Below the pieces are notes generated by a model. The model was not told the origin of the DNA. It was given only the letters and a program-made list of their open reading frames with translations, and did not search any database. Shown here in pieces: positions 21,053-30,764 of a stretch of DNA of 62,302 bases (positions are counted from its first letter, which is position 1; each line of letters begins with the position of its first letter). The position numbers and the translations under genes are program-made. The stretch is from Cellulomonas sp. (GTDB taxonomy: Bacteria; Actinomycetota; Actinomycetes; Actinomycetales; Cellulomonadaceae), in the NCBI GenBank assembly GCA_031556715.1, contig JAVBSR010000089.1, positions 1 through 62,302 of the forward strand. The letters run 5' to 3'.

Positions 21053-21865
21053 GTGGGTGTGTACTGCTTGTTGTCGGCATCGGGTTCGCCGGGTGTGACG
21101 ACCACCGCGCTGGGACTGACGCTGTCGTGGCCGAGCGGCCGGGCTGTGCTCGTCGATGCTGATCCGACGGGCGGATCGCCGATCGCAGCTGGCTATCTGC
21201 GAGGCCAGTACGTCCTGCCAGAGGCCCTGATCGAGCTGGCTCTCTCTCAGCAGGAAGGGATGCTGAGCGCGGCCACGATGGGCCAGCACCTGGTGACGCT
21301 GGCGGGATCGCAGGCGCGCTTCTTGCCCGGCATCCGTTCCCACGAGCAAGCACGGGGGCTGGTGGGCTTGTGGGAGCCGCTGGGTGACGTGCTCGACGAG
21401 ATCGGACGTTCGGGCACGGAGGTCGTGGTGGACGCCGGCCGGGCGGGCCTGTTCGGCCACGCCCAGCCCTTGGTGGACCGTGCAGACCTGACGCTGCTGG
21501 TAGTCCGCAGCAGCCTGGTCGCACTGTCGGGAGCGCGGTCGTGGGCGGACACGCTGCGCGAACGGTTTGCGCGGACCGGTGGGGCCAGGTCGCTCGGGGT
21601 CCTGATGATCGGAGATCGCGGGCCGTATTCGGCGCGGGAGGTAGCGCAGGTGCTCGGCTTGCCGGTCGTCGCCCAGGTGGCGTTCGATGCGGCAGCTGCG
21701 GCGGTGCTGTCGGACGGCGCCGACCCCAAGGGCGGCGGGCTGCAGCGCCTGGCAGGCCGGTCTGGGTGGGACGACTCGGCGCTGCTGCGGTCGCTGCGTG
21801 CCGCCGGAAGCGCCATGTCGGGCACTGCGCGGGCCGCCCTGGAGTTGGCGGGGAGACCGGTGTGA
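21053..21865 (+). CDS. MinD/ParA-like pilus localisation protein (TadZ/CpaE-like)
   Basis: Deviant Walker A SASGSPGVTTT, LVDADPTGG, VVVDAGR. Confidence 0.8.
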   Translation: MGVYCLLSASGSPGVTTTALGLTLSWPSGRAVLVDADPTGGSPIAAGYLRGQYVLPEALIELALSQQEGMLSAATMGQHLVTLAGSQARFLPGIRSHEQARGLVGLWEPLGDVLDEIGRSGTEVVVDAGRAGLFGHAQPLVDRADLTLLVVRSSLVALSGARSWADTLRERFARTGGARSLGVLMIGDRGPYSAREVAQVLGLPVVAQVAFDAAAAAVLSDGADPKGGGLQRLAGRSGWDDSALLRSLRAAGSAMSGTARAALELAGRPV

Positions 21866-23622
21866 CGGCCACGAACCTGGGGCCGTCCGGGATGCCGGTC
21901 TTCGGGACGGCGGCTGACCAGGCGGCGGGCCATCAGCCCCTCCAGGGTGCGCACACGATGCACGTCGCGCCTGGCACCCGTCCGGCGGGCCCCGCTGCGC
22001 CGGGTTCCTACCCTGCGCACGTCGCTCCGTCCGTCGGGCCGGTGCCGACCGGTCCCGTTGCGCATCTGGCGCCCGGTTCCGCTGGTTATCGTGCGGCGGC
22101 GGTCCCGTCGGCTGTGCAGCCGGGGCAGACGCCACGGTCGGCTCGGATGCCGCCCGGTGCAGTGATGCCCGGTGCGGTGATGGCCGGTGCGGTGATGCCC
22201 GGTCAGGTCGCAGCGGCAGCACAGCCGGGCGCGGCGGTTCCGCCAGCACCCCGCCCGGAGCCGGCGCGGGCGGTGGCGGTCGAGCCGGTGGACCGGGCGG
22301 TGGTGGTGCTGCTGCGCGGTCGTGTGGCCGAGCGTCTGGTCGACGTCGCAGGCGAGCCGCAGGCTGGTAGCGACGACCTGCGCGCCCGGGGGCGCGCAGT
22401 GATCGAAGAGGTCTTGCGCGAGTACACCGTGGAGGCGGTGGCGGCAGGCACTAGTGCGACGTGGTCGCCGGACCTGCGTCGGCGGACCGCCCAGGCGCTG
22501 TTCGACGAGGTGTTCGGGCTCGGGCGGCTGCAGTCCCTGGTCGACCATCCCGGGGTGGAGAACATCCTCATCCGCGGCGCGGACTACGTGCGGCTGCAGC
22601 TGGCGGACGGTTCGAAGGTCCGCGCACCGGCGATCGCCGACGACGACGAGGATCTCGTGCGGCAGGTGCAGTGGTGGTCGACCCGGCCGGGGTCGTCGTC
22701 GGCGCGGCCCTTCTCCTGGTCGGCCCCGAGGCTTCACATGAAGCTGCCCGGCGGGGCCCGGTTGGCGGCGACGGCGTTCGTCGTTGACCGGCCGACGGTC
22801 AACGTGCGGCTGCACCGTCTGGTCGTCGACAACCTGGAGGGCTGGGTCGCTCGGGGCTGCATGACGCTGGCGTGCGCGAGCTTCCTGGCGGCGGCGGTGA
22901 AGGCGGAGTGGTCGATCGTGGTGGCAGGTCCGATGAACTCGGGCAAGACCACCCTGGTCCGTGCCCTGTGCGCCGAGATTCCGCGTGGCGAGCTGATCGG
23001 GACGTTCGAGACCGAGTACGAGCTGTTCCTCGGTGAGACCGGGCAGCACGACGAGATCATCCCCTGGGAGGCGCGGCCTGGGATGGGCGAGATCGGGGCC
23101 GACGGCCGCCCGGCCGGAGAGTTCACCCTGGAGGAGGCGCTGATGGACTCCTTCCGCTTCTCCTTGGACCGGGCGGTGGTGGGTGAGGTCCGCGGCCCGG
23201 AGGCGGCGGTGATGGTCAAGGCGATGGAGTCAGGCACGGGTGTGCTGTCGACCACGCACTCGGCGGATGCCTCGTCCGCGATGCACAAGCTTGCCGGGTG
23301 CGCCGCAGAGTCCGGGTTGATGGACACCGAGCTGGGCCTGGCCAAGCTGTCGCGGTGCCTGAACCTGGTGGTGCAGCTGCGACGACGGGTCGTGGTCGGC
23401 AAGGACGGGACGCCGGCGATGCGACGGTGGATCAGCGAGGTCGCGGTCGTCGAGCCAGGGGAGCGGGATGCGGTGTTCGCGCTGACGCATGTCTTCGGGC
23501 CGGGCAACGACGGCCCGGCCCGCGCAACCGGGGTGCTCACCCCCGCGTGCGAGCAGCTGGTCTACCAGGGTTTCGACCGTGCCGGGTACCAGGCCGAATC
23601 GACAGGAGGGTGGGGAGCATGA
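21862..23622 (+). CDS. cpaF: Tad pilus assembly ATPase CpaF/TadA
   Basis: GLGRLQSLVD, Walker A GPMNSGKTT, Walker B VVGEVRG, His box STTHS. GTGA-coupled to the upstream gene. Confidence 0.92.
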   Translation: MTATNLGPSGMPVFGTAADQAAGHQPLQGAHTMHVAPGTRPAGPAAPGSYPAHVAPSVGPVPTGPVAHLAPGSAGYRAAAVPSAVQPGQTPRSARMPPGAVMPGAVMAGAVMPGQVAAAAQPGAAVPPAPRPEPARAVAVEPVDRAVVVLLRGRVAERLVDVAGEPQAGSDDLRARGRAVIEEVLREYTVEAVAAGTSATWSPDLRRRTAQALFDEVFGLGRLQSLVDHPGVENILIRGADYVRLQLADGSKVRAPAIADDDEDLVRQVQWWSTRPGSSSARPFSWSAPRLHMKLPGGARLAATAFVVDRPTVNVRLHRLVVDNLEGWVARGCMTLACASFLAAAVKAEWSIVVAGPMNSGKTTLVRALCAEIPRGELIGTFETEYELFLGETGQHDEIIPWEARPGMGEIGADGRPAGEFTLEEALMDSFRFSLDRAVVGEVRGPEAAVMVKAMESGTGVLSTTHSADASSAMHKLAGCAAESGLMDTELGLAKLSRCLNLVVQLRRRVVVGKDGTPAMRRWISEVAVVEPGERDAVFALTHVFGPGNDGPARATGVLTPACEQLVYQGFDRAGYQAESTGGWGA

Positions 23623-24500
23623 ACATCGCTGTGCTGGCCGGGATTCTTGGTGCGCTGGTCGCTGGCGGGTTGGTCGCAGCGGTCGCCGCGCTGACCAGTC
23701 GGGCGCGGCCACCGGGCCCGGGTCGTCGGCGACGCCAGACGGCACGGTGGTCGCGGCGGACCCAGGTGGTGCTGGTCGCTTCGATCGTCGCCGGTGTGGT
23801 TGCGGCGGCCTTGACGGGCATGGTGGTCCTGGTCCTCGTCGTTCCCCTCGTGGTTGTGGGGCTGCCGTGGCTGCTGTCCGCGCCACCGGCGAAAGCGGCG
23901 ATCCGGCGCCTGGAAGCGATGGAAGAGTGGACCAGGTCCCTGGCGGGGGTGCTCGCCCTGGGCAACGGCCTGGAACAGGCCATCGGTGTCACCCTGCGTT
24001 CCGTGCCTGAGCCGATCCGGCCCGAGGTCACAGCGTTGGGTGCTCGGCTGCGGGCCCGGTGGGACACCGAGAAGGCCCTGCGAACATTCGCGGACGATCT
24101 GGACGACGCCACCGGCGACCTCATCGCGGCCAACCTGGTTCACGCCGCCGGGCAGCGCAACCGAGCGCTGGCCCTGGCGCTGGAGGCCACTGCTGAAGCG
24201 GTTCGTGACGACGTAGCTGCCAGGCGCAAGGTCGAGGCGGGACGGGCCAAACCGCGGGGGGCGTCCCGCATCGTCCTGGGTATCGTCGCGGTCCTGACGC
24301 TGTTCTTGATCACGACGGGCGGCGGCTACCTGGACCCGTACCGCACCCCCCTAGGGCAGACGGTCATGGTGGTTCTCATCCTGGCGATGGGTGCCGCGCT
24401 GTGGTGGATGCGGGGCATGGCCGAGGGCCACGCGCCGCCGAGGTTCCTGACCGGTGTCGGCAGGTCTGCCAGCAGGACTGTCCAGGCAGGTGCCCGGTGA
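23619..24500 (+). CDS. tadB: TadB-like type II secretion F-domain protein
   Basis: EEWTRSLAGVL..GNGLEQAI, GYLDPY; directly follows cpaF with ATGA overlap. Confidence 0.85.
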   Translation: MNIAVLAGILGALVAGGLVAAVAALTSRARPPGPGRRRRQTARWSRRTQVVLVASIVAGVVAAALTGMVVLVLVVPLVVVGLPWLLSAPPAKAAIRRLEAMEEWTRSLAGVLALGNGLEQAIGVTLRSVPEPIRPEVTALGARLRARWDTEKALRTFADDLDDATGDLIAANLVHAAGQRNRALALALEATAEAVRDDVAARRKVEAGRAKPRGASRIVLGIVAVLTLFLITTGGGYLDPYRTPLGQTVMVVLILAMGAALWWMRGMAEGHAPPRFLTGVGRSASRTVQAGAR

Positions 24501-25402
24501 ACGGCCTGCAGATGGCCTTGCTGACCGGGTTGGCGGTCGGCGGTGGTCTGGGGGTCGTGCTGTGGGCGCTGGTGCGTGCCCAGCCGGACCTCGGTGACGT
24601 GCTGGCGCGCCTGTCGCCCGTGTCGCGACGGGTCGTGGCGCCCGTGGCATCCCAGGCGGAGCCGGGCACGCAGGAACGCGTGGGGATCTGGGCAGAGCGG
24701 ACCTTGCCTAGCGCGGTCCTGGGCACGGTGCCCGCGCAGGACTTGGCTGTCCTGGGTCGCTCGACTTCGTGGTTCTACGGCAAGAAGGTCGCCTACGCGA
24801 TGATGGGCCTGGCCATGCCCGCGGGGCTGGCCAGCGCGGCCGCAGTCGCGGGCTTCACCATGCCGTTCGCGGCTCCTGTCGTCGTCAGCCTGGGATTGGC
24901 CGCCGCGGCTTGGTTCGCGCCATCCCTGGATGTGGCGAAGGCTGCACGCGCGGCCCGCAACGAGTGTGCCCGGGCGTTGACCGCGTTCGTTGAGCTGTGC
25001 GCCCTGGAGCGCGCCTCGGGGGCCGGTGCGGCACAAGCCATGAACAGGGCCGCACAGATCGGCGACTCATGGTTGTTCGTCCGGATACGTGAAGAGCTAG
25101 CCCGGGCTGCGTACGACCGCACCGCACCCTGGGACAGCCTCGACGGCCTGGCGCACCAGCTGGGCCTGCCAGAGTTGTCGGAAATCGCGGACATCCTGCG
25201 CCTGGCCGGCGACGAGAACGCCCGCGCCTACGAACAGCTGCGAGCTCGGGCCGCTTCCATGCGCACCGCGCTGCTCGCTGACGAGGTCGCCGTCGCCTCC
25301 CAGGTCGAAGACCGCATGTACCTGCCGACCGCCGCAGTACTCGTTGTGTTCCTGGTCGAAATGCTGTTCCCCTCGCTGATCCAGATGATCAACGTCGCCT
25401 GA
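24497..25402 (+). CDS. tadC: TadC-like type II secretion F-domain protein
   Basis: ALERASGAG...AAQIGDSW.F.RI...LRARAASMR; GTGA overlap. Confidence 0.85.
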   Translation: MNGLQMALLTGLAVGGGLGVVLWALVRAQPDLGDVLARLSPVSRRVVAPVASQAEPGTQERVGIWAERTLPSAVLGTVPAQDLAVLGRSTSWFYGKKVAYAMMGLAMPAGLASAAAVAGFTMPFAAPVVVSLGLAAAAWFAPSLDVAKAARAARNECARALTAFVELCALERASGAGAAQAMNRAAQIGDSWLFVRIREELARAAYDRTAPWDSLDGLAHQLGLPELSEIADILRLAGDENARAYEQLRARAASMRTALLADEVAVASQVEDRMYLPTAAVLVVFLVEMLFPSLIQMINVA

Positions 25403-25423
25403 CAAACAAGAAAGGAAACTCCC

Positions 25424-25648
25424 ATGCACTACCTCGCCGCAATGTACTCCGTCACCAGGTTCGCCCTTCACGACCGCCTGCGCACCCGCCTCGAGAAACG
25501 CGAGGAGGGGATGGAGACCATCGAGGTCGCCATCATCGTGGCTGTCGTCGTCGTTCTGGCCATCGGCGTCGCCGCCGTCATCCGCAACTTCGTCAATACC
25601 AAGGTCGGCCAGATCGAGAACTGTCAGAACGCCACCGACGGCTGCTGA
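25424..25648 (+). CDS. flp: Flp family major pilin
   Basis: REEG|METIEVAII plus hydrophobic helix (Glu+5); AAAGGAAA RBS; 74 aa. Confidence 0.85.
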   Translation: MHYLAAMYSVTRFALHDRLRTRLEKREEGMETIEVAIIVAVVVVLAIGVAAVIRNFVNTKVGQIENCQNATDGC

Positions 25649-25687
25649 CACACTAGTCCCGACTCGACCTACTTTCGGAGGTAAGCC

Positions 25688-26257
25688 GTGCGAGCATTCA
25701 CGACGCGAGCGCTAGTAGTAGGCGCCGCCCTGACCTTCCTGGTGCTGACAGCCGCCGGGTGCACCTCTCCGGAACCCGGAAACCGTACCACCAGCCCAGT
25801 ACCCGAAATGTCTACTTCAAGCATCGAAGAAAGCCAGGCTGTCACCGACGCTACAGCGGCACTGCACCGGTTCTACGAAGTGCGAAGCCAATGTTTGTCT
25901 GATCCGCCGAACGCTGACGCCTCTTGCTTTGACGCCGTTGCGGTCGACCAGGTGCTGACCGACTCCCGGACCACTCTGGAGAACCTTCAGCGTGACGGGC
26001 TGCACTACGAGGGGGATCGCGAGGTTCTGTCGGTGGATGTCATATGGATCAACCTCGACGGTACTGACCAGCAGATCAGGCTGGCGGCCTGCGTCGACCA
26101 ACGCGCGTGGCGGCTGGTCGATGCGTCTGGGGCGCAGTTGAGTTCGGTGCCGACCGCTCCCCAGCGGGTCGTGTGGCAATTGATCAACCACGACTACCCG
26201 GCAGCTGACGAATGGAAGGTTGCCTACTATCCCGAAGAAGATTCGGCATCATGCTGA
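25688..26257 (+). CDS. Cassette family A lipoprotein (A1)
   Basis: Lipobox TAAGC; QCLSDPPNADASCFDAVA, ACVD, WKV and terminal Cys shared with A2/A3. Confidence 0.8.
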   Translation: MRAFTTRALVVGAALTFLVLTAAGCTSPEPGNRTTSPVPEMSTSSIEESQAVTDATAALHRFYEVRSQCLSDPPNADASCFDAVAVDQVLTDSRTTLENLQRDGLHYEGDREVLSVDVIWINLDGTDQQIRLAACVDQRAWRLVDASGAQLSSVPTAPQRVVWQLINHDYPAADEWKVAYYPEEDSASC

Positions 26258-27057
26258 ACGGGAAACGAACGATATCGGTCTTGCTGGCCACCGCGATTTT
26301 GTGTGTAGCGACCGCAGGGTCGTCGGCGGCCGAGTGGGAAACGCTGTCAAATGGCTGTCGTCACAATACGGAAAGCGACGAATACATCTGCCCTAAGCAG
26401 AACGCGGGTAGCCCGGGCACTTCCCGCCCGGCTTATCAGCCGAGCGAGGATCAGATCCAGACTTGGCGGAAGATCAGCAACGAGTGTCAACGCATGGAAG
26501 AGGAGTCGCAGAGAGCAGAGGCCACCGGTTTATATTGGAATCTGGATAGTCACACTTTCTATCAGAATCACTGCGTTGCGACTACGTCTCCGGAGGTTGC
26601 GGCGCGTGAGGTGGTGGCGTCGATGCAGTTGCCGACGCCGTCGGTCGGGATGACGCCGCGCCCGGGGCCTGATTCTGTGATTCTGGTCGGCTACAACGTC
26701 TGGATGTGGGTTGACCCGGGTTTGTTCGAACCCGTCAGCGCCGTGGCGACGCTCGATGGGACGAGTATTGGTGTGACCGGCCGCGTAGCATGGGTGGACT
26801 GGGACATGGGTGACGGAAATGTGGTCCGCTGTACCGGGCCGGGCACCCCGTACGTGCTGGATCGTGACGGGTTGGCCGCGTCGCCGGACTGCGGGCACGT
26901 GTACACCAACAAGCAGGGTGACATGACGGTGACGGCCACGGCCCATTGGGTCCTGGAGTGGTTCGGTGGCGGCCGGTCCGGCACCTTGACCGATACGACC
27001 GTCTCCACCATCCCAGTCACCGTCGGTGAGTGGCAGGTCCTGCTCAAGAGGGCATGA
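26251..27057 (+). CDS. Cassette family B secreted protein (B1): variable N-terminus, PKD/Ig-like C-terminus
   Basis: Signal peptide; WDMGDG..V.CTGPG...SPDCGHVY...VTATAHW. Confidence 0.8.
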   Translation: MLNGKRTISVLLATAILCVATAGSSAAEWETLSNGCRHNTESDEYICPKQNAGSPGTSRPAYQPSEDQIQTWRKISNECQRMEEESQRAEATGLYWNLDSHTFYQNHCVATTSPEVAAREVVASMQLPTPSVGMTPRPGPDSVILVGYNVWMWVDPGLFEPVSAVATLDGTSIGVTGRVAWVDWDMGDGNVVRCTGPGTPYVLDRDGLAASPDCGHVYTNKQGDMTVTATAHWVLEWFGGGRSGTLTDTTVSTIPVTVGEWQVLLKRA

Positions 27058-27196
27058 AGACCGGTGGGTACGGACTGCTGCGGTGCTCGGCTCAGGTTGA
27101 CCATCCATGTAGCCAGGGTGAAGCGAGGGGCGACGGTGCCGAGCTCATTGGATCCGACGCATGTTGGCGTGAAGAAACAGGGACGGAGGATACCCC

Positions 27197-28648
27197 ATGA
27201 GTGACGATCCGGAGCGGGAAAGAGCGTTGGGAATCTATCGAGACTCCCAGCGGCTCGAGAAAACCATCGGTAGGCTGAAACGTGCCATGATCGACTCGTT
27301 CATGGCAGAAAAGGTGTTCGGGGCTACGTTCGGGCATGGAGGTAATCGTTTTCAGTTCAAGCGGGATGAGTATCTACTTCGTAGCAGCCAGCCTCTCGGG
27401 GGTGACGACCATGTGGCGCGTCCTGACGAGTTCGGCGAGGGTGGTGGGCGTGCATGGAAGACGATGATCCCCGGGGTGTGGGATCAGTCGTACAGCGACA
27501 GCAAGGAGCTCGACTACACGGCCGAGTTTGAAGATGTCCGCACCTGGGTCGACAACCTGGATCTTGCCGGGGGGACGGTCGAGGCGTTCCGGACGAAGTT
27601 CGTCGTCAACCTGCGGATGGTCCTCAACGGGCACAGTTGTGTCGCCGCGCTGCTGGCCAGCAGCATGGCTGCGCAGCGAGGAGCGTGGGAGGAGGTCGGT
27701 GCCGGGTTCGTCCTGATCATCGAGACCTACACCCAGGTGTTCAACAGTCTCGCAGGCCTCGACGGCTCACCAGACGCCAACGTGCAGGTGCGCATCCTGC
27801 GGTATGCGGCCGCCGCCGCCGCCGACGGCCCGTGGGCCACCCTCCTCAACGGTGCCGCCGCCGCGCTTGGCCTGGTGGCCCTGTCCCGGGGTGAAGCGCC
27901 GCAGGACAACCGTTCACCAGAATCCTTCGCTCAGGGGAAGGCTGCCCTGGATGGGGCGCTCGACGCGCTGAACCGCGGTCTGTACGAGACCGAGAAGAGG
28001 ATCCGGGACACCATCACCGACAGCATGGAGGAGATCGGCAGCATCGAGAGGATCGTCGACGGCCGGCAGTATCCCGACAACCGTCAGAACTACGACCTCG
28101 CCCTCGCACCAATCACAGACTTTTCCGTGACGCACCCAGAACGCATCGGCTGGGACGGTGGGACCATCGCGTCGATCGTCAACGGCCCGATGCATGAGAT
28201 CGCCGAAGGGCTGCACGACCAGCTCCGTATCACCACCACATGGGACCTCGACATCGCGGAGACGGTGAAGCGTCACGCTCTGCTGGGCCTTGGCACCTAT
28301 GGTCCGAGCGCGGCGGTGCACGAGCTCAACGAGGTGCTGTGCGACCTGCTGGGCGACCTGAAGTGGGAGGTCGAGACAGGTGCCAGCCAGCTGTGGCTGG
28401 CCTACGACGCGAACATGCGGTGCAACGACCAGGCAGCAGCCGACCTGGCGGCACTCAACGCCCAACTTCCTCAGGGCAGCGGATACGACCCGTGGGACTT
28501 CCAGCCGGGAGGCCTGCCGTCCAGCCCCGAAGGGAGGGTATCGGTCATACCGATATGGCGGATGATGAGCGTCCCAGAGTTCGAGACAAAACCAGAGGTG
28601 GTAGAGGCCGAGCCAACGGAATACCAGTGGCAGGAGCGTGGAAAGTGA
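27197..28648 (+). CDS. Cassette family C helical protein (C1), WXG100/LXG-like
   Basis: GGAGGA RBS; paralog of 34835-36532 and 40876-42582; LAGGTVEAF motif. Confidence 0.7.
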   Translation: MSDDPERERALGIYRDSQRLEKTIGRLKRAMIDSFMAEKVFGATFGHGGNRFQFKRDEYLLRSSQPLGGDDHVARPDEFGEGGGRAWKTMIPGVWDQSYSDSKELDYTAEFEDVRTWVDNLDLAGGTVEAFRTKFVVNLRMVLNGHSCVAALLASSMAAQRGAWEEVGAGFVLIIETYTQVFNSLAGLDGSPDANVQVRILRYAAAAAADGPWATLLNGAAAALGLVALSRGEAPQDNRSPESFAQGKAALDGALDALNRGLYETEKRIRDTITDSMEEIGSIERIVDGRQYPDNRQNYDLALAPITDFSVTHPERIGWDGGTIASIVNGPMHEIAEGLHDQLRITTTWDLDIAETVKRHALLGLGTYGPSAAVHELNEVLCDLLGDLKWEVETGASQLWLAYDANMRCNDQAAADLAALNAQLPQGSGYDPWDFQPGGLPSSPEGRVSVIPIWRMMSVPEFETKPEVVEAEPTEYQWQERGK

Positions 28649-29553
28649 GAAACCTTCGTGCCAATCGGCCATCAGTGATGCTCGCGGTGCTCGTGCTGCC
28701 GGTGACGTTGGTACTCTCAACGACCGCGTGCACCCACAAGCCCGATGGCCCCTACTACCCCGACTGTCCAGGGCTGACCACACCCACTGAGGACCAGGCA
28801 GCCGACCTGAATGACAAGCTGTACGAAACCACGACCTACACCTTCGTCGTCGTGGGAAACGCTCAGGCCTGGGACGAGGACTCGGTGTTCGACCGAGTCC
28901 AGTCGCCGATGTGGAAGGCGACGGTCACGGTAGGCCCCTGGGTGCGTGGCTCGGATCAGCCAGGGCTGAGCAGTGCATGGGACGCAGTGTCGAATACAGG
29001 GCCCATGCCCCTGCCCAGCGGGCCTTACGCCTACACCGGAATGCTGACACGCGGGGTTGGCAAGTATGACCTCTCGCATGGGGGTAAGCATATGTGTTTG
29101 GACTCGCAGAAGGCTGCGTACATTTTCGGAACCGTGACGTTCGAGGACGCGACCGAGTTCTCTAAACCGCTGCCGGAAGGATACAGGCGACCGGACTACC
29201 CGACCTCAAACGAGATACAGGATGTGTCTCTCGAACTTGTGTCGGGGCCCGACAGGGCAGCGATACCGGATTTCTTCGGGTGTTACGAGCACCGATGCGG
29301 ATATTCCGAAAAGATCCGCGAGGCAGACGAGCTGGAGCTCCCGCTCATCTACTCGTACTCGGACGAAAATCAAGAGGGTGGTGCGGGGCCCCGCCCGTTC
29401 GTCATCGCAGTGCCGGACGCCTTCCCTTCAGGTACCAGCAAGGCTCCAGTCCTGGCTTCTGTGCTCCGCCTGACCAATACCAGACAGCCGCTTGAACAAG
29501 ACGGCGGCCAAGGGCTTTTCAGCACGGAAATCCCCACAAAGTTGGGCTGGTGA
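28645..29553 (+). CDS. Hypothetical lipoprotein coupled to C1
   Basis: GTGA overlap with the C1 stop; lipobox LSTTAC. Confidence 0.7.
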   Translation: MRNLRANRPSVMLAVLVLPVTLVLSTTACTHKPDGPYYPDCPGLTTPTEDQAADLNDKLYETTTYTFVVVGNAQAWDEDSVFDRVQSPMWKATVTVGPWVRGSDQPGLSSAWDAVSNTGPMPLPSGPYAYTGMLTRGVGKYDLSHGGKHMCLDSQKAAYIFGTVTFEDATEFSKPLPEGYRRPDYPTSNEIQDVSLELVSGPDRAAIPDFFGCYEHRCGYSEKIREADELELPLIYSYSDENQEGGAGPRPFVIAVPDAFPSGTSKAPVLASVLRLTNTRQPLEQDGGQGLFSTEIPTKLGW

Positions 29554-29868
29554 TTGTAGTGGTGACGGTCTTGCTCCGACCTCGATGCGAGGAGGATTCA
29601 CTATTTAACCTAGCCGGGTGGCAGGCGCCCCAGATTTCGAATGAAGCCAAAGGCAGAAGGGGAAGGTCAGAGAAGTCCTGGTGGCGAGAGCTGCTCCGAT
29701 GCCCGGTTTTTTTGACAGGTCGGACAAATGTCGCGCTGACGGAAATGTGGAAGGTGCAGCAGTCAACTAGAATAGATCATTCACGCTTGCGTAAAAGCAG
29801 CGCGTCATGATCGCTTTGGAAAGGCGCTTGCAGGACTCCGGAGTTCGACGAACTAAGCACAAAGGAGG

Positions 29869-30261
29869 GTGGCAGTGACGGTAATGGGTGTGCGTTGTCA
29901 CGACCGGGGCGTGGCCACTGTTGAGGCGTCAATCTTGATGCCTCTGGTGATGCTGCTGGTGCTGTTGGCGATCCAGATCGGCTTGATGGAGCATGCGCGG
30001 CAGAGCGTGATCGCTGCGGCCCAGGCGGGTGGGCAGGACGCCGCGTCGGTGGGTGGTACAGCGGACACCGGCCGGGTGGCGGCTGAGGTATTCCTTGCCC
30101 GGGTGGCCGGGGGTGAGCTGCGCGACACGGCGGTCCAGGTGAAGACGACCAACGAGACGGTGACAGTCGAGGTGACCGGTTCGGTGGTGAGCGTGTTCCC
30201 GGGGATGAGGCCTCATGTCAGCGGGACCGTGCAGGTCCCGGTGGAGAGGCTGACACGGTGA
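29869..30261 (+). CDS. tadE: TadE-like minor pilin
   Basis: DRG|VATVEASILMP...AAAQAG; C-terminal PVERLT. Confidence 0.88.
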   Translation: MAVTVMGVRCHDRGVATVEASILMPLVMLLVLLAIQIGLMEHARQSVIAAAQAGGQDAASVGGTADTGRVAAEVFLARVAGGELRDTAVQVKTTNETVTVEVTGSVVSVFPGMRPHVSGTVQVPVERLTR

Positions 30262-30710
30262 GGCTCCTGCGTCGACGCTCGTGCCAGGAGTGGCAGGTCG
30301 GCTCGGCCACGGTGGAGCTGGCCATCCTCATGCCGATCATCATGACGGCCGTGCTGTTCGTCGTGGGCGTGGCCCGGGTCATGGTGGCCGCGCACGCCAC
30401 CCAGTGGGCGGCGGTGGACGCCGCCCGTGCGGCCTCGCTCGCGCGCGACGCCGGCGGGGCAACGGGCGACGGAAACCGCGCCGCTGAAGCGGCGCTGTCC
30501 ACTCAGAACCTGCACTGTGCGGAAACTGCCGTGAGCGTGGACACCTCGCAGTTTGCCACGCCTGTCGGCCAGAGAGCGCAAGTGGTCGTGACGGTGACGT
30601 GCGTGGTCGACCTCGGCGACGTCTCGGGGCTCACCGGCCTCCCCGGTCGATTCACCGTCACCAAGACCGCCCGGTCGCCCATTGACACCTACAGGGGGCG
30701 AGAACAGTGA
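30258..30710 (+). CDS. tadE: TadE/TadF-like minor pilin
   Basis: G|SATVELAILMP, AARAASLAR, SPIDTYR. Confidence 0.88.
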   Translation: MRLLRRRSCQEWQVGSATVELAILMPIIMTAVLFVVGVARVMVAAHATQWAAVDAARAASLARDAGGATGDGNRAAEAALSTQNLHCAETAVSVDTSQFATPVGQRAQVVVTVTCVVDLGDVSGLTGLPGRFTVTKTARSPIDTYRGREQ

Positions 30711-30764
30711 CCGACAGCACTGGGAATCGGCAAGTCGCGACGTCGATAATGGCCTGGCAGAAGT

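Noticed and set aside
26251-27057. ATP/GTP-binding label often attached to B-like proteins
   Set aside because: No Walker A motif; the proteins have signal peptides and Cys pairs.
29550-29810. 86-aa ORF between the lipoprotein and tadE
   Set aside because: Atypical codons, a T7 tract and no motif; more likely regulatory DNA.
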